In this document: piece after piece, positions 1 to 7,785 of the stretch
How the letters are laid out: every line of letters starts with the position of its first letter
How positions within the stretch are numbered: the first letter of the stretch is position 1
Assembly: GCA_044464425.1 (NCBI GenBank)
Contig: JBIQLL010000013.1
Span: 648 to 64,647, forward strand
Reading direction: 5' to 3'
DNA from: Solirubrobacterales bacterium
GTDB lineage: Bacteria; Actinomycetota; Thermoleophilia; Solirubrobacterales; 70-9
Length of the DNA stretch: 64,000 nucleotides
The notes under the pieces: model-generated
The model's database searches: none
Seen by the model: only the letters and a program-made list of their open reading frames with translations
What the model was told of the DNA's origin: nothing
Translations under genes and position numbers: made by a program

Positions 1-897
1 CCCCGGATGGACGGGGCGGTCAAGCAGCGGCTGATTCGGGCGGTCGCCTTCGGGAAGAAGAAGGGGATGCGGGCCTCGGTCTTCGCCAAGGCGGGTGATT
101 CGAACACCGAGATCAGCACGGCCATATACGGGCTCGGTTGCCGGCGGCCCACCTACGGCAACTTCGAGCGACTCGCGGCGGTGGTCAGGCGCTACAGCCG
201 GATCGGGTTGGAGAACCCGATCGGGTATCCGGACTGTCTCAGCGGGAACTCGTTCACCCGTCGTTCGGCCGCGACCAAGTCCGGAACCTGGGCGAGCTGG
301 CCGGCCACGTACGGCCCGGACCTCCCGGTGCATCCGTACTGGCACCCGCCCTCCTTCTGCCGGCCGCAGGAGAGCCCTCTGATCTGCGAGATCAGAGTAA
401 CCAGGCCCCGCTACGTCTTCCTGCTGACCGGGACCAATGACCTCGGGGTCGAGATCTACAAGGGCTTCCTGCCCGGGGTGCGGATCACCCGGAACCTCCT
501 GCCGGCGATCGGCCAGGCCCGCCGAAGAGGTGTGGTTCCGGTGCTGAGTACGATCCCGCCGATCGTCGCCTCGCACGCGGAAAAACAGCCGTCCTTCGAT
601 GAAGGGGTGGCCCGGACCAACCTGAACATCTGGCGTCTGGCCCGCAAGAAGCAACTCCCGCTGGTCAACCTGTGGCGGGCTTTGACAGGGCCGGCGATGA
701 TCAATCAGGGTTTGGCCGACGACGGGATCCACCTGGGGGTGGCCGGTGCCGACGGCGCCACGCCCGGGATGCACCCAGGACCGACCACCTTCGCCGACTC
801 GGTCCGGTTCGATGCGACCGGCCTCCGGTACGGCTCGAACCGCCGCAATCTGGTCCTGCTCCAAACTCTCGATCGCCTCGACCGGGCACTCCGCTGA
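1..897 (+). CDS. SGNH/GDSL-type hydrolase-like protein, paralog 1 (5' end probably outside the window)
   Basis: ORF 7..897 stays open back to base 1. SGNH blocks occur in order: FAKAGDSNTE, TGTND, DGIHL. Colinear with the next two ORFs. Confidence 0.6.
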   Translation, partial: PRMDGAVKQRLIRAVAFGKKKGMRASVFAKAGDSNTEISTAIYGLGCRRPTYGNFERLAAVVRRYSRIGLENPIGYPDCLSGNSFTRRSAATKSGTWASWPATYGPDLPVHPYWHPPSFCRPQESPLICEIRVTRPRYVFLLTGTNDLGVEIYKGFLPGVRITRNLLPAIGQARRRGVVPVLSTIPPIVASHAEKQPSFDEGVARTNLNIWRLARKKQLPLVNLWRALTGPAMINQGLADDGIHLGVAGADGATPGMHPGPTTFADSVRFDATGLRYGSNRRNLVLLQTLDRLDRALR

Positions 898-898
898 G

Positions 899-1915
899 AT
901 GAAGCGCCTCCTCCTCTTCCTGACCGTCGGCCTGCTGCTCGCCGGCTGCGGGTCCGGTGATGACGCGGATTCCGGTTCCTCCTCTTCCGGGGGGCAGGCC
1001 CAGGAGAACCTGATCCAGCGGCCCTCGGACGATGGCGGCCCGGTCCTGCCTCAGCTCACCGCGGTCGATCGGAAGCGCCTTCAGCAGGGAGTCGCCCGGG
1101 CCGATCAGGCGAAGATGAACCCGGACGTGTTCGCCAAGGTCGGTGATTCGAACACGGAGTGGCCGCAGAATCTCTACGGGCTCGGTTGTCGCGAGGTCGG
1201 CTACGGCTCGAACCAGGATCTCGAAGCGGTGGTGAAGAAGTACTCCCAGGTGAGGTTTCCAGACCTGGTCTCGCTGCCCGGCTGTTCGCCGGTGAACTCG
1301 CTGACTCGCCGCTCTGCCGCGGCGGTCTCCGGGGTGTGGACCGAGTGGCTGATGACCCCGACCGCGGATCTGCCGGCGACCGGCATCGCTCCGCCGACCG
1401 ACGAGTGCGAGCCGGAGCAGACCCCGCTGGACTGCGAGATCGGTCTGATCAGCCCCCGCTGGGTGCTGATCATGACCGGGACCAATGACGCCCTGCTCGG
1501 CCGGCCGCTCGGCGAGACGTTCGAGGGGTTGCTGCGGCAGATGATCGACCGGGTGAGTGAGCTCGGCCCGGTACCGGTGCTCTCGACTCTGCCGCCGATG
1601 GCGGTCTCCGCCCACAACGGCCAGCCCGGTGAGGAACGGGTGGAGGAGGCGAACCGGATCATCCGCCGGGTCGCCAGCGAGCGGAAGGTCCCCTTGATCG
1701 ATCTCCACGCGGCCCTGAGCCGCCCCGAGATGGTGGACGGGGGCCTCGCGGCGGACGGCCTCCATCTCGGCGTCTACGGGGGCGAGGGCCAGCCGGACGT
1801 GATGCGGGGCTCGGCGATGCTGACCATCCCCGCCCTCCGCTACGGGGCGAACCGCCGCAACCTGATCTGGCTCCAGGCCCTTCAGCGTCTCGATGCCGTC
1901 GGGGACGGAACTTGA
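899..1915 (+). CDS. Lipoprotein, SGNH/GDSL-type hydrolase-like, paralog 2
   Basis: In-frame ATG at 899 gives MKRLLLFLTVGLLLAGCGSG, a signal peptide with lipobox. Blocks FAKVGDSNTE, TGTND, DGLHL. Start lies 2 nt after the paralog 1 stop. Confidence 0.65.
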   Translation: MKRLLLFLTVGLLLAGCGSGDDADSGSSSSGGQAQENLIQRPSDDGGPVLPQLTAVDRKRLQQGVARADQAKMNPDVFAKVGDSNTEWPQNLYGLGCREVGYGSNQDLEAVVKKYSQVRFPDLVSLPGCSPVNSLTRRSAAAVSGVWTEWLMTPTADLPATGIAPPTDECEPEQTPLDCEIGLISPRWVLIMTGTNDALLGRPLGETFEGLLRQMIDRVSELGPVPVLSTLPPMAVSAHNGQPGEERVEEANRIIRRVASERKVPLIDLHAALSRPEMVDGGLAADGLHLGVYGGEGQPDVMRGSAMLTIPALRYGANRRNLIWLQALQRLDAVGDGT

Positions 1916-2898
1916 GGTCGCCGCTCGCGCGCCGGCGCGGCTCCCGGCTCACCGACCCCTCGCTCTATGGTGAGAGCTGGCTCGCCCGGATGGGCCTGCG
2001 TCAGCGCGCCTTCTTCCGGGCCGAGGTTCGGCGGGCGCTTGGCGCCGGCATGCGCCCGAAGGTCTTCGCCAAGGCCGGTGATTCGAACTTCATCGGATAC
2101 AACGCTTTCTTCGGCCTCGGCTTCGCCGAGCCGGTCTGGGCCGGTCATGAGCACCTCGCCCCGGTCATGCGCCGTTACCGCGAGGTCACGCTGCCGCCGG
2201 GCATGGACATCCCCTTCGCCCACGCTCCGGATGCGGAAGACCGTCGGCCCTGGAACTCGTTCTCGCGGATCTCGGCCGCCAGCAGCATGGGGATCGTCGC
2301 CGACCACCTGCTCTTCGAGCCCGGTGAGCTGGAGAAGCTGCCGCCCCGCTGGAAGACCGATCCGGAGCGGCGGGAGGGCGAGTCGCTGCTCGAGTGCGAG
2401 ATTCGGGTCACGCGGCCGCTTTATGTGCTGATCCAGCTCGGTACCAACGGGGCGAGCTACGGACGCACCCCGGAGGAGACCGCGGAGATCTTCGGACGGG
2501 TGATCGAGCGGGTGCGGGAACTCGGACCGGTCCCGGTCGGCTTCACGATCCTGCCGCAACTCGACCACGAGGTGACGCCGGGCCGCTGGGAGTTCGCCCG
2601 CCGGACCAACGAGCTGATCTGCGAGACCGCCAGCGCCGCCCGGGTCCCGCTCTTCAACCAGTGGCTCGCCCTCACCTCGGGTGATCTGGTCAACCACGGT
2701 CTGATCGAGTTCGACGGCGAGTACTTCGACGGCTTCCACCTCGAGACCGTCGGGGGCTTCGATCGGCCGGGTGCGGCCGAGCGGGCGGTCGATTTCAGCC
2801 CCGAGGCACTCAGGTACGGCGCCAACTACCGCAATCTTCTCGTGCTCAAGCTGCTCCAGGAGCTGGACTTACTGGCCGGCGACGCCATCCGGGAGTAA
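1912..2898 (+). CDS. SGNH/GDSL-type hydrolase-like protein, paralog 3 (no obvious signal peptide)
   Basis: TTG at 1912 overlaps the TGA of paralog 2. Blocks FAKAGDSNF, LGTNG, DGFHL. The real start could be an internal Met. Confidence 0.55.
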   Translation: MRSPLARRRGSRLTDPSLYGESWLARMGLRQRAFFRAEVRRALGAGMRPKVFAKAGDSNFIGYNAFFGLGFAEPVWAGHEHLAPVMRRYREVTLPPGMDIPFAHAPDAEDRRPWNSFSRISAASSMGIVADHLLFEPGELEKLPPRWKTDPERREGESLLECEIRVTRPLYVLIQLGTNGASYGRTPEETAEIFGRVIERVRELGPVPVGFTILPQLDHEVTPGRWEFARRTNELICETASAARVPLFNQWLALTSGDLVNHGLIEFDGEYFDGFHLETVGGFDRPGAAERAVDFSPEALRYGANYRNLLVLKLLQELDLLAGDAIRE

Positions 2899-2946
2899 GC
2901 TTTCGCGCCGCCACCCGGCGCCAGGTCAATCGCAAGGGGGAGTGCC

Positions 2947-4656
2947 GTGAAGGGTTTGTTCAGAGTCACCGTCGGAGCAGCGACGACCGCGCTCGCGTTG
3001 CTGGCCTTCGCCGGCACCGCGACCGCAACCGATTTCTGCGTGCCGGACACCTCTATCCCCGGCTGTCCCGCCGGGGCTGTCGTGCCGCTCGGCAGCGATG
3101 CGGCCGCCAAGATCGAAGGCGGCACGGGCGGCGACCCGGCGGACGGCGTGCCGGACACGGTCCACATCGGGGCGGGCACCTATGCCGATCCGGGCTCGTT
3201 CACCGCGTCTGGGAGCGATCCGCTGACCGTGATCGGGGCTGGGCGTGAGAAGACCTTCCTGACCAGCAGCGCGGCGAGCAACACGTACGTGCTGAACCTG
3301 TTCTCTGGTAATACGCGCGAGATCACGATCCGGGATCTCGCGGTGCTGATCCCGGCCAGCTTCCCGAACAACGCCGGGGCAGGTGTGATCGCCCAGGCCG
3401 ATCGCTTCGAGTCGGTGGATCTGATCAGCCGCAACGAAAAGTCGACCGGCGTCTTCAACCCTGACGGCGGCACCAGCTTCGAGGACTTCCGCGCCTTCGG
3501 CCAGAGCGGCGGCAGCTTCGGGGCGGTCTTCTACCAGTACAACGCCTGCGGCAGCGGGGAGTTCACGATCGACCGGGCCGAGATCAGTGATGCCGGCAGC
3601 GGCCTGATCTGGGCCTGCTCGGAGGTTCCCGCGACCGTCAACCGGATTCACCTTTCGGGGGTCGATGACGCGATCGACGTGAGCAGCGGCGGCCAGGCCA
3701 GCGTCACCAACGCCCTGATCGAGAGTTCGGAAGGCCCACCGATCCGCCTCTACAACGGCTCGAACAAGATCACTTCACTCGCTCTCAACCACCTGACCGT
3801 GGTCGCGACGGGCGATCCGAACCAGCCGGCGATCCGCGCCCGGGTGGATGGCCTCGCGAGCCCGACCAAGAACATCGAGATAAGCCTCGCCAACTCGATC
3901 GTCAGCGGTTTCCAGAACACCTGGAGCCTCGAAGCCCCTTCCGACCCGGTCAAGGGCAACATCAATCTCTCGGCTGCCTACTCGGACCTGATCGGCTCGG
4001 GACTCACCTCGGGCGAGAGCTTCGCCGACCAGTCGACCGGCAACATCGACGCGGCTCCCGGCTTCGCCGGCGCCACCGACTTTCACCTGGTCCCGGGGTC
4101 GCCCGCGATCGACGCCGGCGATCCGCTACCCAACCTGCCCGCCCTGGACCTGGACGGCAAGCTCCGCCCGGTCGACGGGAACGGTGACGGCAACCTGGTC
4201 CGGGATATGGGCGCCTACGAGTTCCAGCCCCCGCCGAGCTGCGAAACCGACCAGTCGCTCTGCCCACCGAGCTGCGAGACAGACCGGTCGTTTTGCGCGC
4301 CGAGCTGCGAAACCGACCAATCGCTCTGCCCGAGTCCACCCGACACGACCGCGCCGGAGGTCACCCGCGTCAAGTTCCGCTTCCGGCGGGGCCGGGGCGG
4401 CGCACTTCGCTTTCGTCTCTCCGAGCAGGCCACGGTCCGGATCCGCTTCGCCCCGATCCCGAGAAAGGCACCGAAAGGCAAGCAGCGCAAGGTCCTGAAG
4501 ATCACCCGCAAGGCCAAGCAGGGCGCGGTGAAGATCAAGCTCGCCAGACGCCGTCTCAAGCCGGGCCGCTATCGCCTCACCATCACCGCAACCGACCAAT
4601 CCGGCAACCGCTCGAAACCTCTCCGCCGAAAGGTCCGGGCCAAGCGCGGCTCCTAG
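2947..4656 (+). CDS. Secreted right-handed beta-helix protein with Cys-loop linker repeats and a basic C-terminal module
   Basis: GTG start. Signal peptide MKGLFRVTVGAATTALALLAFAGTATA. Gly/Asn/Ser-rich beta-helix-like body ending in DLDGKLRPVDGNGDGNLVRDMGAYEF. Then 3 x PSCETDQSLC and a K/R-rich tail. Confidence 0.65.
   Translation: MKGLFRVTVGAATTALALLAFAGTATATDFCVPDTSIPGCPAGAVVPLGSDAAAKIEGGTGGDPADGVPDTVHIGAGTYADPGSFTASGSDPLTVIGAGREKTFLTSSAASNTYVLNLFSGNTREITIRDLAVLIPASFPNNAGAGVIAQADRFESVDLISRNEKSTGVFNPDGGTSFEDFRAFGQSGGSFGAVFYQYNACGSGEFTIDRAEISDAGSGLIWACSEVPATVNRIHLSGVDDAIDVSSGGQASVTNALIESSEGPPIRLYNGSNKITSLALNHLTVVATGDPNQPAIRARVDGLASPTKNIEISLANSIVSGFQNTWSLEAPSDPVKGNINLSAAYSDLIGSGLTSGESFADQSTGNIDAAPGFAGATDFHLVPGSPAIDAGDPLPNLPALDLDGKLRPVDGNGDGNLVRDMGAYEFQPPPSCETDQSLCPPSCETDRSFCAPSCETDQSLCPSPPDTTAPEVTRVKFRFRRGRGGALRFRLSEQATVRIRFAPIPRKAPKGKQRKVLKITRKAKQGAVKIKLARRRLKPGRYRLTITATDQSGNRSKPLRRKVRAKRGS
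4231..4329 (+). repeat. In-frame 33-nt tandem repeat x3 encoding (P/A)PSCETD(Q/R)S(L/F)C
   Basis: Units 4231-4263, 4264-4296 and 4297-4329 read directly. Units 1 and 3 are nearly identical at nucleotide level. Confidence 0.9.
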
Positions 4657-4805
4657 GCGGGCTCCGGCCGGTCCCGTCCGCCTCAAGCGCTGTCTTGAGC
4701 TCCACCGCCAGCGGGTGTTCACCGTCAATCAGAAGGTCGACTGAATTGCGGCGGCATCTCCGGTGTCCTGTCGCGCGTCCCGCGGGGGACGCGGCCCTGA
4801 CTTTT

Positions 4806-5039
4806 TCAGAGATGCCGCCGCCCGCGACGCCCGACTTCAGAGCCGGGCGCCGGCCAGTCGAAGCTCAGGCGGAGTTCGTCCAGATCAGCCAGCGGACCTG
4901 GCTCACGGCTCCGATAGGTGGCCAGCTCGCTGCGCACGGCCGACTGGAACATTTCGTCCCGGTCAACCCCGCGAATCGCGGCCTGCCGCTCCATGCCGGT
5001 GAGCAATTCCTCTGGAATCTGTCCCTCCGTCCTCGCCAT
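4806..5039 (-). CDS. Small ribbon-helix-helix-like protein (orphan, divergent from vapBC)
   Basis: Internal ATG at 5039 gives MARTEGQIPEELLTGMERQAAIRGVDRDEMFQSAVRSELA, a strand-helix-helix pattern. GC3 is moderately high. No partner gene. Confidence 0.4.
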   Translation of the reverse strand: MARTEGQIPEELLTGMERQAAIRGVDRDEMFQSAVRSELATYRSREPGPLADLDELRLSFDWPAPGSEVGRRGRRHL

Positions 5040-5183
5040 GGGCCGAACATAACGCCGGTCGGCACCCCTGTGGGGATATGTCAACCCGAAGCCGAAGAAA
5101 AACCCGGCATTTGCGGGTTCCTCTGGGCCAGACCGGGACCGATCGGAGGGTTCAGACACCAGAAATGCAGGTTCGGGGCATCC

Positions 5184-5201
5184 GGGGGAGAGTTTTGTCC
5201 G
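5184..5201 (+). repeat. Copy A of exact 18-nt direct repeat GGGGGAGAGTTTTGTCCG
   Basis: Identical 18-mer at 6270..6287. Flanking bases differ on both sides. Confidence 0.9.
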
Positions 5202-5269
5202 CTCGCGACTCCCACTCACAGTGGAAGGGAACGTTGAGCAAAGTGAGGGTGATGTGTATGGTCATGTGT

Positions 5270-5479
5270 ATGAGGACGAATATCGTCATCGACCAGGAGC
5301 TGATGGCCGAAGCCCAGAAGCTGGCCGGCACCGAGACCATGAGAGAAACGGTCGATCTCGCTCTGCGCGAAATGGTCGATCGCCGAAATCGACTCGGAAT
5401 CCTCGAGCTCCGCGGCAAGATCAAGTGGGAAGGTGACCTGGACGAGATGCGCCGGGAATCGCATCGCGAGTTCGATTGA
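5270..5479 (+). CDS. vapB: Type II antitoxin, VapB family
   Basis: MRTNIVIDQELMAEAQKLAGTETMRETVDLALREMV is a typical VapB N-terminus. Its stop overlaps the start of the PIN gene. Confidence 0.8.
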   Translation: MRTNIVIDQELMAEAQKLAGTETMRETVDLALREMVDRRNRLGILELRGKIKWEGDLDEMRRESHREFD

Positions 5480-5880
5480 TCGTCATCGACTCGAGCGTCT
5501 GGATCGATCACCTGAACGAGGTGGACACTCCCCAGGTAGAGGAGATGCGATCGCTGATAGTTGAGGACGTGCTGCTCTGTGTCACGGGGGTGATCGTTAC
5601 GGAAGTTCTTCGAGGCATCTCAAATGAAGCCGATGCGGCGATCGTGGGGCACGAACTATCCGCGTTTCCCGTCCTGAGCATGGATACAGCTCGCGATTAC
5701 GCGGAAGCTGCCGGTCTTTACAGGCGAGCCAGAGCGGTCGGTGTGACCATACGGAGCCTCGCCGACCTCCTGATCGCCGTTCCCTGCATACGCGAGGAGG
5801 CCTGGCTACTCCACAACGATCGTGACTTCGATCAGCTGGCTGCCGTCTCCGACCTGAAAATCTGGGAGCCCAGGGACTGA
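5476..5880 (+). CDS. vapC: Type II toxin, PIN-domain ribonuclease VapC
   Basis: MIVIDSSVWIDHL...NDRDFDQL carries the PIN acidic residues. TTG start has a 4-nt overlap with the vapB stop. Confidence 0.85.
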   Translation: MIVIDSSVWIDHLNEVDTPQVEEMRSLIVEDVLLCVTGVIVTEVLRGISNEADAAIVGHELSAFPVLSMDTARDYAEAAGLYRRARAVGVTIRSLADLLIAVPCIREEAWLLHNDRDFDQLAAVSDLKIWEPRD

Positions 5881-5892
5881 TCCCGAGCCGGT

Positions 5893-5917
5893 CTAGAGGT
5901 GTGGCCACACCCTCTAG
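5893..5917. terminator. Near-perfect 12-bp palindrome (CTAGAGGTGTGG/CCACAC(C)CTCTAG) between convergent genes
   Basis: Read directly. One bulged C. It sits in the 33-nt gap between the vapC stop and the stop of the minus-strand ORF. Confidence 0.45.
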
Positions 5918-6138
5918 GGCTTCGGTCCACCGGGTTGTTCCGAGTGGACCTTGACCAGGAGGTCTTCGATCCGCTCGAGCTCGATCGGCCCGAGCCCGTC
6001 TTCCTCGAAGAAGACCTGGTCGTCGAAGAGGCCGTAGAGGGTGCCGAGCACCTCGCCGCCGTCTTTCAGCTTCAGGTTGATCCGGGCGCCCCGGCCGAGC
6101 CGGGGGATCATCGCGGCGATCTCTTCCTTGGAGGACAC
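5914..6138 (-). CDS. Hypothetical 74-aa protein
   Basis: GTG start. Very high GC3 across the ORF argues for real coding. No recognisable motif and no clear SD. Confidence 0.5.
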   Translation of the reverse strand: MSSKEEIAAMIPRLGRGARINLKLKDGGEVLGTLYGLFDDQVFFEEDGLGPIELERIEDLLVKVHSEQPGGPKP

Positions 6139-6210
6139 AGGGAAACTCTAGGGGGGCGATTCGGATCTCGCTTTCCGCGAGCCGGGTCCCGGCATTTGGT
6201 CAAAAATCTC

Positions 6211-6252
6211 GCAATTTGCATGCTTTTTCGAAAAGTCCTGCAATTTGCGGAC
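6211..6252 (+). promoter_or_regulatory. AT-rich region with direct repeat GCAATTTGC (6211-6219, 6240-6248) upstream of the sigma operon
   Basis: Read directly. It lies in the 312-nt AT-richer gap 6139-6450. The second copy extends to ATTTGCGGAC, which recurs at 40310. Confidence 0.35.
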
Positions 6253-6269
6253 ATTTCCTGAGATCCAGA

Positions 6270-6287
6270 GGGGGAGAGTTTTGTCCG
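6270..6287 (+). repeat. Copy B of exact 18-nt direct repeat GGGGGAGAGTTTTGTCCG
   Basis: Identical to 5184..5201. A 10-nt subset GGAGAGTTTT recurs at 6441-6450, abutting the sigma ATG. Confidence 0.9.
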
Positions 6288-6450
6288 GATGCGGCTTAGT
6301 GCTGCAAATGGAGACTTTTCAGACGTCCCGAGGTGGGGCTGAGTATCTCGCCGTTCAGGACCAGGGTGGGTGGCAAATAGCTCATCCGGTGAATAGAAAA
6401 ACTGTCACAGCGATCAGGATGACCCGAACGCTCAGGACCCGGAGAGTTTT

Positions 6451-7785
6451 ATGACGAAGACCGTCGTTCACGGTAAGAAGCCGGAAACCACCCAGAATCG
6501 ACCCGACGAGGCGGCTCGAAAACGGGTTGCCGTGGAGCTGATCAGGAATCACGATGCGCCGCTGCGATGGACCGCCCGGCGTTACTCGATCTGTGCCGAT
6601 GATGCCGAAGACGCGTATCAGCGGGGAATCGAGATCCTCCTGAAGAAGGCGCCGACCGATGACGCGAGGCAGTTGCTTCCCTGGGTTCGCACGGTCATCA
6701 AGCATGAGGCGCTGGCGATCCGCAAGTCCCGCGAGCGCACCCTTGCTCGCCCCGGGCAGTCCCGGGATGAAGAGCACGAGGACGAGGACTGGGTTCAACT
6801 GATTCCGGCGACCGGGGACGGACCGGATGAGATGGCGGTCCGGCGCGAGCGGGTGGCGCGCAGCCGGGAGGCATTGGCTCAGCTCAAACCGGCCGAGCTC
6901 AAGGCACTGACCCAGATCGCCGAGGGGTTCAGCTACCAGGAGATCGGGGCGATGAACCAGTGGTCTCGCACCAAGGTCAACCGTTGCCTGGCGGAAGGGC
7001 GGGCCCGGTTCCGGAATGCGTTTCGCGACAGCGAGGCGGGCGAGCGGTGCGATGCCTACGCGCCGCTCCTGTCTGCTTGCTGCGACGGCGAGCTGAGCCG
7101 AGGCCAGGTCGTCGAGCTGGAACAGCACCTGGCCGCCTGCGGCCACTGCAGGGCGACCCTGCGCTCGTACCGAGCCGCACCGCGGGCCGCCGCCGCACTC
7201 GCCCCGCTGTTGCCGGCGAGTCATGGTCTCTGGCCGAGGGTTCAGGAGATCGCCGTCGATCTGCAGCTCCGGCTCCAGGGAGCCGGGCACGGATCCGGGT
7301 CCGGGGTCCAGTCCGTCCTCGCCTCGGGCGGAACCCGCGGCGCCGGGATGGCAGCGATGGCCAAGCTGGCAGCGATCTGCGCGGGAACCGCCGGGACCGC
7401 GGCGGTCTGCGTCGCCACCGGCGTCCTCCCGGCTCCCGCCGTTCTCGATCACCACGACCGTCGACCCGACACTCAGGTCCAGGTGCGGAAGGCCACCGCG
7501 GAGCCGCCCCGGCAGCCGATGGTCTTCGTCCAGACAGAGCCCGAGCCGGTCGCCAACGAGCAGCCGCAGCCGGCAGATTCGGAGGTCGGGAAACCCAACG
7601 ACGCCGCTGCGGAGCCGGCCGAACCGGTCGCCAGTTCGACCCCGGGGCCGACGGCGATCGAGTCAGAGTTCACGCCTGAAGCGGCGGGTACACCCGCTCC
7701 GACTTCGGCCCCACCACCACAGCAGCAGCAGGCGACCTCGAGCTCGGTTCCCGTTGGAAACGGTGGAGGGGAGTTCGCGCCATGA
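6451..7785 (+). CDS. ECF-type sigma-70 factor fused to a ZAS (zf-HC2) anti-sigma domain, a TM segment and a Pro/Ala-rich tail
   Basis: Region 2-like DAEDAYQRGIEILL and WVRTVIKHEALAIRKSR. Region 4 HTH FSYQEIGAMNQWSRTKVNRCLAEGRARF. Then CDGEL...EQHLAACGHC (HxxxCxxC), a hydrophobic AAMAKLAAICAGTAGTAAVCVATGVL segment and a PQP-rich tail. Confidence 0.75.
   Translation: MTKTVVHGKKPETTQNRPDEAARKRVAVELIRNHDAPLRWTARRYSICADDAEDAYQRGIEILLKKAPTDDARQLLPWVRTVIKHEALAIRKSRERTLARPGQSRDEEHEDEDWVQLIPATGDGPDEMAVRRERVARSREALAQLKPAELKALTQIAEGFSYQEIGAMNQWSRTKVNRCLAEGRARFRNAFRDSEAGERCDAYAPLLSACCDGELSRGQVVELEQHLAACGHCRATLRSYRAAPRAAAALAPLLPASHGLWPRVQEIAVDLQLRLQGAGHGSGSGVQSVLASGGTRGAGMAAMAKLAAICAGTAGTAAVCVATGVLPAPAVLDHHDRRPDTQVQVRKATAEPPRQPMVFVQTEPEPVANEQPQPADSEVGKPNDAAAEPAEPVASSTPGPTAIESEFTPEAAGTPAPTSAPPPQQQQATSSSVPVGNGGGEFAP

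Noticed and set aside
701-1765. Long antisense or out-of-frame ORFs throughout the window, for example 701-1765(-), 12929-14002(-), 14327-15796(-), 24495-26297(+), 31043-32308(-), 35878-37644(+), 38645-40351(+), 41931-43733(+), 49552-52374(+), 52325-54103(+) and 61042-62355(+).
   Set aside because: Their products are Arg/Pro/Gly/Asp-rich low-complexity strings with no motifs. Each lies opposite or out of frame to an ORF with clear family signatures and the expected GC3 bias. These are typical shadow ORFs of high-GC DNA.
6281-6454. A TTG-initiated upstream ORF (57 aa) that begins inside 18-mer copy B and ends in an ATGA overlap with the sigma gene. Likewise, an N-terminally extended vapB from the TTG at 5195 inside copy A.
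   Set aside because: The region has low GC3 and no coding-like composition. VapB homologs start at MRTN. The in-frame RGRVLS peptide at both sites is a by-product of the nucleotide repeat.
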